From the NCBI GenBank assembly GCA_022360955.1, contig JAKSBV010000309.1, forward strand, positions 6,053-70,052: 64,000 bases of DNA, given 5' to 3'. The stretch is from Bacillota bacterium (lineage in GTDB: Bacteria; Bacillota; Clostridia; SK-Y3). Each line of letters begins with the position of its first letter. Position 1 is the stretch's first letter. The notes under the pieces were generated by a model. That model was not told where the DNA came from and made no database searches. It was given only the letters and a program-made list of their open reading frames with translations. A program made the translations under genes and the position numbers. This document shows positions 10,097-17,050 of this stretch, piece after piece.

Positions 10097-10242
10097 ATTT
10101 CAACATGTTGAATACTTGCTTTTTGTGTTCAATGTAAATATCTTGTTTTAAAAAATGTATGTCCCTTGGACACAAACAAAACGCTCATGCTTTTAAACAG
10201 CCTTGTTCAAATGTATGGATAGGCTGCCGTAGGCTATCTTTA

Positions 10243-11535
10243 TTATTGCAAAGCGTTTCCTATGGTTTTGTCCACATTTTCCAAGAAGGCCTCAATGTCC
10301 CTTTCAATAATCATTGCCTGTACACTTGTAAATAGATCATTCGAAATATTATTTTGTACGCTTGAGGCCATCCAGTCATGGATAGGACCTTCATTGATCT
10401 TATCTATAACAGGCAATACTCCCTTGTTTTTATAAACGGTACCCTTTATACAGGAAGGTGCACCATCCGTATCCGACCAAAGTTGTGCATTTTCAACACG
10501 AGAAATAAATTCTATAAATTTGAGGCCGGCCTCTTTCTCTTCCGGTGTGGCATCACCGGATATACATATTGCGGCATCCACTCCTGTCAGAACCGCAGTT
10601 TTATCCTGCTCATCATTAGGGATAGGAAATGCGCCAAGATTCATGTCGGGGTTGGCCATCAGTATAGTACCTCTTGCATATGAACCGGAAATAATCATAG
10701 CACTCTGCCCGTTTGCAAATAGGTCCCACATTTGATTGGCAGACATCCCAAGGGCATCTTCATTGCCGTAATCGGTTATTTCTAATATTTTTTCTGCAAG
10801 GGCTTTATAACCTGCACTGTCGGCGACCTTCTTTTCTCCTTCTATGACATCAACCGTATATTCAACTAATCCGTCATTCATGGAAATGGCCAAACTTTGA
10901 AAGATATGTCCAAGGCACCACAAATCTTTATAGGAAAGGAGAAACGGCTGAATACCTGCTTGTTCAAATTTTTGACACGCACTCATCAGCTCCGCCCAAG
11001 TAACGGGTATATCAATACTCATTTCATTAAACATATCCATATTATAGTAAATACACATATAGTTCTGACTGAGAGGCAGCGCATAATTTTTACCGTCATT
11101 GGCCTTTGACATTTCCAGTACCCCTTGATTGACACGGTTTAAAAAATCATGCCCGGTCAAACACTCAATATATCCGTTTTTAACTTTCTGTTTAAACTGC
11201 ATTTGCGTGGGGTAATCGGTAAAAATGGGCGGGGCGTCGTTAGCAGCAATCCTTGATATTAAAACATTGCCCGGGTCCGGGATCGTATTCTGTTCAATAA
11301 CAATGTTTTTATTTTCTTCCCTAAACCGCTCAATGATCTGGGCATATGCCGTTTGTGGCGCTTCTTCCCCTTTTTGCTGTAAAAATTCCAATTTAATCGT
11401 CTTTGGTTCAACATTCTTTTCATTTGTACCGGTTTTTGCCCCGTCATTTGATGATTCAGAGCTGTCACAAGCGGATAATGAAAAAGTTACCATCACTGCT
11501 GCAAGCACCAATACTAAAAATCTTTTCATTTTCAT
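10243..11535 (-). CDS. ABC transporter extracellular solute-binding lipoprotein
   Basis: MKMKRFLVLVLAAVMVTFSLSAC lipobox; family-1 sugar-binding protein features; start moved to ATG 11535 behind AGGAGG (track start 11589 is GTG inside repeat-adjacent DNA). Confidence 0.85.
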   Translation of the reverse strand: MKMKRFLVLVLAAVMVTFSLSACDSSESSNDGAKTGTNEKNVEPKTIKLEFLQQKGEEAPQTAYAQIIERFREENKNIVIEQNTIPDPGNVLISRIAANDAPPIFTDYPTQMQFKQKVKNGYIECLTGHDFLNRVNQGVLEMSKANDGKNYALPLSQNYMCIYYNMDMFNEMSIDIPVTWAELMSACQKFEQAGIQPFLLSYKDLWCLGHIFQSLAISMNDGLVEYTVDVIEGEKKVADSAGYKALAEKILEITDYGNEDALGMSANQMWDLFANGQSAMIISGSYARGTILMANPDMNLGAFPIPNDEQDKTAVLTGVDAAICISGDATPEEKEAGLKFIEFISRVENAQLWSDTDGAPSCIKGTVYKNKGVLPVIDKINEGPIHDWMASSVQNNISNDLFTSVQAMIIERDIEAFLENVDKTIGNALQ

Positions 11536-11594
11536 AAACACAAGATCCTCCTTTAAAATATTTTTTCGAAGGCCATAATGTCTTAGCACCGATG

Positions 11595-11707
11595 ATATAG
11601 ATACCCAACTTTAAAATGGCATTTATATTTACACAAATAACATGAATCAGGTGTTTTTTCAAACGCCTTATGTAAATGTATTTTTAGGTGGCAGTCGGTT
11701 ATCTTTA
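11595..11707. mobile_element. MITE-A repeat, full copy
   Basis: ATATAGATACCCAACTTTAAAA ... CAGTCGGTTATCTTTA terminal inverted repeats; 60 bp upstream of the binding-protein start. Confidence 0.75.
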
Positions 11708-11752
11708 TTATACCCCAATCCTTTGTCTAAAGACACTATGCACCTCCCTAGA

Positions 11753-11952
11753 GGGTGTATAAATTCTGGGTGAAGAAAATTATTCCAACAACTGGTATTC
11801 CAAGGCTAAGACCCTGTAAGCTTGCGCCGGGCCGCAGCAAAACTCGCTATCGCTCAAACAGTTGCTGCTTCCTCCCTCTGCTTCGCTAACAGGCTCTAAG
11901 CCTTTCCATAAGGTCATTTCCATAATTTTCTTCACCTACACTAAATACACCC
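11753..11952 (-). mobile_element. F-element, complete short variant (beta end at left, alpha end at right)
   Basis: GGGTGTATAAATTCTGGGTGAAGAAAATTATTCCAACAACTGGTATTCCAAGGCTAAG ... GGTCATTTCCATAATTTTCTTCACCTACACTAAATACACCC; both ends match the ends of the copy at 46493-46728; the centre is a different palindromic stem. Confidence 0.7.
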
Positions 11953-11962
11953 CCTCTGCTTA

Positions 11963-12003
11963 GGTGTATAAATTCTGGTTGAAGAAAATCATTCCAACAA
12001 CTA
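11963..12003 (-). repeat. solo F-element beta terminal repeat, 3' of the Cas12f/TnpB-like gene
   Basis: GGTGTATAAATTCTGGTTGAAGAAAATCATTCCAACAACTA, near-identical to 11754-11794; similarity to other copies stops after CAACAACT. Confidence 0.7.
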
Positions 12004-12012
12004 TATGTCTGC

Positions 12013-12056
12013 AAAAAACAAACAGCCCTCAACAAGATCTCTCTTGTTGAGGGCTG
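12013..12056 (-). terminator. intrinsic terminator downstream of the Cas12f/TnpB-like gene
   Basis: minus strand CAGCCCTCAACAAG-agagat-CTTGTTGAGGGCTG followed by TTTGTTTTTT. Confidence 0.75.
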
Positions 12057-12182
12057 CCGTTACATTGGTCAGATAGCTGCATTTTCATGAACATGTTTAT
12101 GCCCATGCTTACGATGTAAGCTTCAATCCGCCGATAGGACCAATCCCTGCCGGCAGATCATGGTGCAGCAGCAATAACACCA
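12057..12182 (-). ncRNA. hypothetical guide-RNA/omega-RNA-like scaffold in the 3' UTR (unproven)
   Basis: ~125 nt between stop codon and terminator with local hairpins (GCTTAC-gat-GTAAGC 12107-12121; palindrome CTGCCGGCAG 12147-12156); position analogous to TnpB omega RNA. Confidence 0.2.
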
Positions 12183-13793
12183 TTAAATAATTTGTATCAG
12201 CCGATTCAAGTCCTCTGCGCTTTCGAGTTTTTTAATCAGGCTGTACTTTTTCTTAAAATCTTTATGCTTTGTATGTTCTTCAATATTAGTACGAAAATCT
12301 TGTATGATCCTTTCGATTTCATCCCAGAACTCATCCATACAGTGATTGGAATGGTTGGCATAGTAGTTCAGACCCAAGATTTTGTTTGTAAACTTTACAC
12401 CTTTCGGCGTGTTTTCCAGCTTCACTTTCACTGTGCCCTGATAGTGCTGATTCAATCTTCTAGCCAGATTTAAGCTGCCTAATTGTTCAATATCCATCGT
12501 TTTGCCACAAGTCACACATATAAACAGATCCCTGGAAAACCTATTTTGTCCGGTATGCATCCCGCATGCAGGACATGTATAAAAAATGCCCACCGGACTG
12601 ACTCTAATAGGAACAGGCAATCCTTTCTCCGTCAATTTATATTCCAATATTCTTATCAGCTCATTATAGCTGTAAGGGCTTAAAATCGGCATATAGCTTG
12701 TATTGTCCTGGTCTTTCCACTGCAATTTGTCTCCTTTATCATAGAGAGCCTGCATGACCACTTGTGACCGTTCCCGGCAGGCAATATTTACAATCGTATT
12801 GGCCAGTTTATGGATTTCATGCACCGGTAACGGGTAACTGCGGTTTTGTACCCCTGATATGCCGTTTATCAATAGGGCCCCGCTTTCGACCACCTGACTG
12901 TCCTGATCTGCCGCGGTATAATGCACGGGGCTTTTAAGCCCTCTTGCAATCCCCAAATATGTGGTAGTTTCTACCTTTTCAGCCTCTCCTATATCAATGC
13001 TGACGGATAAATAATACTCATTTTTCTTCTTAATAAGCCTTGCCGTTTTCAGCATTTCGGATTTATGCAAGGCCTGCTTCAAATACTTTTCCTGCCAGCG
13101 TCCAAAGGAAAGAGGCAGCAATATAAACCGTTCTTTTCTGCCCGTACTTTCCAACACTTTGGACTCTTTATGGATATAGGTTAGTTCTGCATCCTTTTGA
13201 CCGGGAATTGCTTTTCTGTTTTGATCTTTCACGTTCATCAGGTAAAGCTTTGCATAGTATTTATCATTTTTGCCGTCATACAACAAGCAATAATCCCGAT
13301 TGGTTGCATATCTGCAAAAAAATATCGGCTTAACGCTGGTGCTTTTTGCAATAATTCGCTTGATCTGCCGGTCACATTCATATAAAGGCTGGGCTTCATC
13401 GGTTAACCGTGCCATTGCGTTTTCATACTTGGCTTGCCATTTTTCCTCAGATAAATAGGCAATGGGATAATTGGCATACTGCTGAATCTCGCTTAAACTC
13501 AAATAACTCGCCAGCGTCATCCCAAAATCTATTTTTAACGCATCTTTAAAAGGCTGAACATCAAAGCGATTCAGCTCTTTGCTAAGCCCTTTATCCACCC
13601 ACTTTGCGATAAGGTTGGCCCTATAATTCCCTCTAGCATCCTTATAATCTCTACGGATGTCTTCAATATGCTTACAGGCCTTATCCAGCAGATATTGATA
13701 GGCGCGGGAGTAATTGAGCATCGCTCGCTCCATAATTTCGCGCTTCCGTTTACCGGGATTATGCAGTTTTAAAGTAATCGTCCGCATCGCCAT
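12183..13793 (-). CDS. Cas12f/TnpB-superfamily protein with substituted RuvC triad (predicted nuclease-dead RNA-guided DNA-binding protein)
   Basis: TITLKLHNPGKRK N-terminus, FGRWQ motif, GIARGLKSPV (RuvC-I with Ala for Asp), VVMQAL (RuvC-II with Gln for Glu), YTCPACG...FICVTCG zinc ribbon, DIEQLGSLNLARR (RuvC-III with Glu for Asp); ~89-aa C-terminal tail. Confidence 0.8.
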   Translation of the reverse strand: MAMRTITLKLHNPGKRKREIMERAMLNYSRAYQYLLDKACKHIEDIRRDYKDARGNYRANLIAKWVDKGLSKELNRFDVQPFKDALKIDFGMTLASYLSLSEIQQYANYPIAYLSEEKWQAKYENAMARLTDEAQPLYECDRQIKRIIAKSTSVKPIFFCRYATNRDYCLLYDGKNDKYYAKLYLMNVKDQNRKAIPGQKDAELTYIHKESKVLESTGRKERFILLPLSFGRWQEKYLKQALHKSEMLKTARLIKKKNEYYLSVSIDIGEAEKVETTTYLGIARGLKSPVHYTAADQDSQVVESGALLINGISGVQNRSYPLPVHEIHKLANTIVNIACRERSQVVMQALYDKGDKLQWKDQDNTSYMPILSPYSYNELIRILEYKLTEKGLPVPIRVSPVGIFYTCPACGMHTGQNRFSRDLFICVTCGKTMDIEQLGSLNLARRLNQHYQGTVKVKLENTPKGVKFTNKILGLNYYANHSNHCMDEFWDEIERIIQDFRTNIEEHTKHKDFKKKYSLIKKLESAEDLNRLIQII

Positions 13794-13812
13794 AAGAATC
13801 TTCCTTGTATCC

Positions 13813-13842
13813 AGTGGGGAGATAGGAGTAGGGGGTGGGGAG
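13813..13842 (+). repeat. GGGGAGT-type word array (G-rich on plus strand) in the 5' UTR region of the Cas12f/TnpB-like gene
   Basis: AGTGGGGAGATAGGAGTAGGGGGTGGGGAG; complementary in character to 13987-14023; contains hairpin GGGTGGG-gaga-CCCACCC at 13833-13850. Confidence 0.7.
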
Positions 13843-13914
13843 ACCCACCCTGTTCCTTTGCACTCCTGCTCCTCTTCACACTATAATCAAAATCCAAAAA
13901 ACAGATCACAATAA

Positions 13915-13944
13915 AATATACCACACTATTGTTTTACCATGCAA
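13915..13944 (-). promoter_or_regulatory. candidate sigma-A promoter for the Cas12f/TnpB-like gene
   Basis: minus strand TTGCAT (13944-13939), 18-nt spacer, TGgTATATT extended -10 (hexamer at 13920-13915). Confidence 0.4.
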
Positions 13945-13986
13945 GTATTATTCGTTGATAAGGGACAATGGGGTAAGAGCGAGGTT

Positions 13987-14023
13987 CTCACTCCCCGCTC
14001 CCCACACCTCACTCCCCACTAAC
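13987..14023 (-). repeat. GGGGAGT-type purine word array immediately 3' of adhE (purine-rich on the sense/minus strand)
   Basis: minus strand GTTAGTGGGGAGTGAGGTGTGGGGAGCGGGGAGTGAG, starting 6 nt after the adhE TAG. Confidence 0.7.
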
Positions 14024-14029
14024 AAACAC

Positions 14030-16633
14030 CTATTTCCCAAATGCTTTCACATATACTTCTTCAAGTTCTTTAACCAATGGTAGCCTCGGGTTAGCTGTGG
14101 TACACTGATCTTCGAAAGCTTTATCGGCCAGTTCGCCCACGTTTGCCATAAACAGCTTTTTATCCACGCCGCATTCCGCGATGGTCGCAGGTATATTAAC
14201 CGCTTTCATTAAATCTTTAATGGCTTTGATTAAGCTCTTAACCCCTTCTTCGACGGTTGAGGCCGGTAATCCCAGCGCTTTTGCGATTTCCGCATACTTC
14301 TTGTCCGCAATAAAGGTCTCATATTTGGGGAAAGATACAAACTTCGTCGGTTTCTGCGCATTATACGCTACGACGTGGGGCAGCAAAATAGCATTTGCTC
14401 TTCCGTGGGGGATATGATACTCTCCGCCCAATTTGTGTGCAAGGCTGTGATTGATGCCCAAGAATGCATTCGTAAAGGCCATTCCGGCGATACAGGACGC
14501 ATTGTGCATTTTTTCTCTTGCAACACGGTCATTCCCGTCTTTATAGGCCTTTGGCAGGTATTCAAATACCATTTGAATCGCCTTCATGGCCAAGGCATCG
14601 GTATAATCGGAAGCCAAAATCGAAACATAAGCTTCAATTGCGTGGGTTAATACATCCATACCCGTATCTGCGGTAACCGAAGCCGGTACTGTCATTACAA
14701 ACTCTGGATCTATAATGGCAACATCCGGGGTTAGTTCATAGTCCGCAAGGGGATATTTTACATTTTTCTGTTTATCTGTGATCACCGCAAAGGAAGTAAC
14801 CTCCGAACCCGTTCCCGATGTGGTGGGAATGGCCACCATTTTTGCTTTTTTGCCCAGTTTGGGGAATTTAAATACCCTTTTTCTAATGTCCATAAACTTC
14901 AGGCGTAAAGCATTAAAGTCCGTTTCAGGATGTTCATAGAACAACCACATGCCCTTAGCCGCGTCCATTGCAGAACCGCCGCCTAATGCAATAATCACAT
15001 CGGGCTGGAACTTATTCATTGCATCGCAGCCTTTCATAACCGTTTCTACCGATGGGTCCGGCTCTACTTCGGAGAATATTTCGCAGTGTACATATTGTTC
15101 TCTTTTTCTGAGATAGTACAGTACTTTATCCACATATCCCAATTTCACCATGTATGGGTCGGTAACAATCAGTGCTTTAGTGATATCGGGCATTTTTTCA
15201 AGATACTGTGTTGAACCGTATTCAAAGTAAATCTTTTCCGGAATCTTAAACCACTGCATATTTACTCTTCTCCTTGCCACTCTCTTTTTATTAATCAAAT
15301 TAACTGCCGATACGTTGGAAGTTGTGGAGTTTCTTCCGAAAGAGCCGCATCCCAGTGTCAATGACGGTATGTTGGTATTGTACAAATCTCCGATTGCACC
15401 ATGGGTAGAAGGTGAGTTAATAATCAGTCTGCCCGCTTTGATTCTCTTGGAGAAGGCTTCAATCACCTGCTGATTTTCGGAATGGATAACTGCCGAATGC
15501 CCCAAGCCTCCGAATTCAACCATTTCTTCCACCCGTTTAATCCCTTGTTCCGCATCTTTTACGACATAGTAGGCCAGTATCGGGCTTAATTTTTCCCGGG
15601 ATAACGGATATTCCGCTCCGACTCCTTCCAATTGTGCAATTAAAATCTTAGTATCTTTGGGTACGTTCAATCCGGCCATCTGCGCAATATTATATGCCGA
15701 CTGACCTACAACCGCAGCATTCATTACGCCTTTCTTTTCATCAATGGCAACTTTCTCTAATTTCGGAATTTCTTCTTTACTTAAAAAGTAGCACTGATGC
15801 TCTTTCATGAAGTTCTCAAATTCTTTGGAGATTTCTTTGTCTACAATCACGGCCTGTTCCGATGCACAGATCATACCATTGTCAAAGGTCTTGGACAGAA
15901 TAAGATCGGTAGCCGCTCTTTTCACATTGACCGATTTCTCAATATAGCACGGTACATTTCCAGGTCCTACGCCAAGTGCCGGCTTTCCGCTGCTATATGC
16001 CGCTTGCACCATCCCTGAACCGCCTGTTGCAAGTATCAATGCTACACTGGAATGGTTCATCAACGCCTGTGTCGCTTCCAGGGAAGGCTGCTCTATCCAT
16101 AAAATACAATCTTCCGGCGCCCCGGCGTCAATAGCCGCATCTCTTACCACACGCGCCGCTTCTGCACTGCACTTTTGCGCCGAAGGATGAAATGCAAATA
16201 TAATCGGGTTCCTGGTCTTCATTGCAATAATGCATTTAAACATGGTAGTGGACGTGGGATTGGTTACCGGGGTAACCCCTGCTACAACGCCTATCGGCTC
16301 CGCAACTTCTACATAATCCTCTAATTCGTTTTCATGGATGATCCCAACCGTCTTGTCATACTTAATGTTATTATAAATATATTCTGTTGCAAATATGTTT
16401 TTAGTGATTTTATCTTCATAGACCCCTCGTCCGGTTTCTTCAACAGCCATTTTCGCCAAACGCATATGGTCGTCCAAACCGGCCATCGCCATCGCTTTTA
16501 CAATCGCATCCACCTGATGCTGATCTAAAGCCATAAATTTATCTAACGCGATTTGTGCTTTTGAAACCAGCGTATCAACGGTTTGCTGTGCATTGTTTTC
16601 TTGTGGTTTTTGCTTGCTTACTTTTTCTGCCAT
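14030..16633 (-). CDS. adhE: bifunctional acetaldehyde-CoA / alcohol dehydrogenase
   Basis: 867 aa; N-terminal aldehyde dehydrogenase domain (catalytic Cys context NGMICASEQ) fused to an iron-type alcohol dehydrogenase (GGGSAMDAAK, HxxxH region). Confidence 0.97.
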   Translation of the reverse strand: MAEKVSKQKPQENNAQQTVDTLVSKAQIALDKFMALDQHQVDAIVKAMAMAGLDDHMRLAKMAVEETGRGVYEDKITKNIFATEYIYNNIKYDKTVGIIHENELEDYVEVAEPIGVVAGVTPVTNPTSTTMFKCIIAMKTRNPIIFAFHPSAQKCSAEAARVVRDAAIDAGAPEDCILWIEQPSLEATQALMNHSSVALILATGGSGMVQAAYSSGKPALGVGPGNVPCYIEKSVNVKRAATDLILSKTFDNGMICASEQAVIVDKEISKEFENFMKEHQCYFLSKEEIPKLEKVAIDEKKGVMNAAVVGQSAYNIAQMAGLNVPKDTKILIAQLEGVGAEYPLSREKLSPILAYYVVKDAEQGIKRVEEMVEFGGLGHSAVIHSENQQVIEAFSKRIKAGRLIINSPSTHGAIGDLYNTNIPSLTLGCGSFGRNSTTSNVSAVNLINKKRVARRRVNMQWFKIPEKIYFEYGSTQYLEKMPDITKALIVTDPYMVKLGYVDKVLYYLRKREQYVHCEIFSEVEPDPSVETVMKGCDAMNKFQPDVIIALGGGSAMDAAKGMWLFYEHPETDFNALRLKFMDIRKRVFKFPKLGKKAKMVAIPTTSGTGSEVTSFAVITDKQKNVKYPLADYELTPDVAIIDPEFVMTVPASVTADTGMDVLTHAIEAYVSILASDYTDALAMKAIQMVFEYLPKAYKDGNDRVAREKMHNASCIAGMAFTNAFLGINHSLAHKLGGEYHIPHGRANAILLPHVVAYNAQKPTKFVSFPKYETFIADKKYAEIAKALGLPASTVEEGVKSLIKAIKDLMKAVNIPATIAECGVDKKLFMANVGELADKAFEDQCTTANPRLPLVKELEEVYVKAFGK

Positions 16634-16786
16634 AATATAAAACCCCCTATGTTTTAGTGGACATCTGACAATGGACCGTGGAAAATGACCACCTTCAGCC
16701 GTCTATAAGTATTATTGCTTTTTGTTCATTCATTTGCTTTTATATAAAATAGCTTATCGCTATTTGTTGTTACTTGATAAGGATAT

Positions 16787-16804
16787 TTGTTAAATATTTA
16801 TCAA
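16787..16804. promoter_or_regulatory. Rex-like operator upstream of adhE
   Basis: TTGTTAAATATTTATCAA, 17 of 18 matches to TTGTTAAnnnnTTAACAA. Confidence 0.5.
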
Positions 16805-16826
16805 TCCCTATTATCATTATACGGCA

Positions 16827-16844
16827 TTGTTAAAATTTTGTCAA
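16827..16844. promoter_or_regulatory. weak Rex-like half-palindrome upstream of adhE
   Basis: TTGTTAAAATTTTGTCAA; good left half, poor right half. Confidence 0.3.
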
Positions 16845-16851
16845 TGCTTTA

Positions 16852-16869
16852 TCGTTAAAATTTTAACAT
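16852..16869. promoter_or_regulatory. Rex-like operator upstream of adhE
   Basis: TCGTTAAAATTTTAACAT; perfect 14-bp palindrome GTTAAAATTTTAAC, 16 of 18 matches to the Clostridial Rex consensus. Confidence 0.55.
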
Positions 16870-16900
16870 TCACTTGAATAAAACCCCTGATATTATTACA

Positions 16901-16980
16901 CTCTAAATGGCATTTATAGTTGAATAAAAACCGTAGCACCCATCCGCTTATTTGGTCAAACGTATTTTAAGCTGTCAAAT
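16901..16980. mobile_element. MITE-A repeat, degenerate internal fragment without termini
   Basis: ctctaaatggcatttatagttgaataaaaaccg...tatttggtcaaacgtattttaag aligns with the reverse complement of the copy at 62118-62221. Confidence 0.45.
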
Positions 16981-17050
16981 ACGCTGTCCTTAACTAATAT
17001 GCATATGATTCACTTTACATGATCCCCCAAGCCTAGCTCCCCATTCCAAA

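Noticed and set aside
11753-12003. Two ~40-nt direct repeats (11753-11794 and 11963-12003) next to a Cas12-like gene, considered as a mini CRISPR array
   Set aside because: The repeats are ~170 nt apart, and the interval contains an inverted copy of the same repeat. The same sequence forms the terminal inverted repeat of dispersed elements, one with a 9-bp target duplication. No cas1/cas2 genes or regular spacer periodicity are present. They are better explained as transposable-element ends.
16659-16680. Similarity between the pre-terminator 3' UTR segment of the Cas12f-like gene (ATCTGACCAATG, about 12066-12077) and the adhE leader (ATCTGACAATG)
   Set aside because: It is only a 7+4 nt match with an indel. 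A match of that size is expected by chance when comparing ~20 positions against several hundred bp on two strands, so it is not evidence for a guide-target pair.
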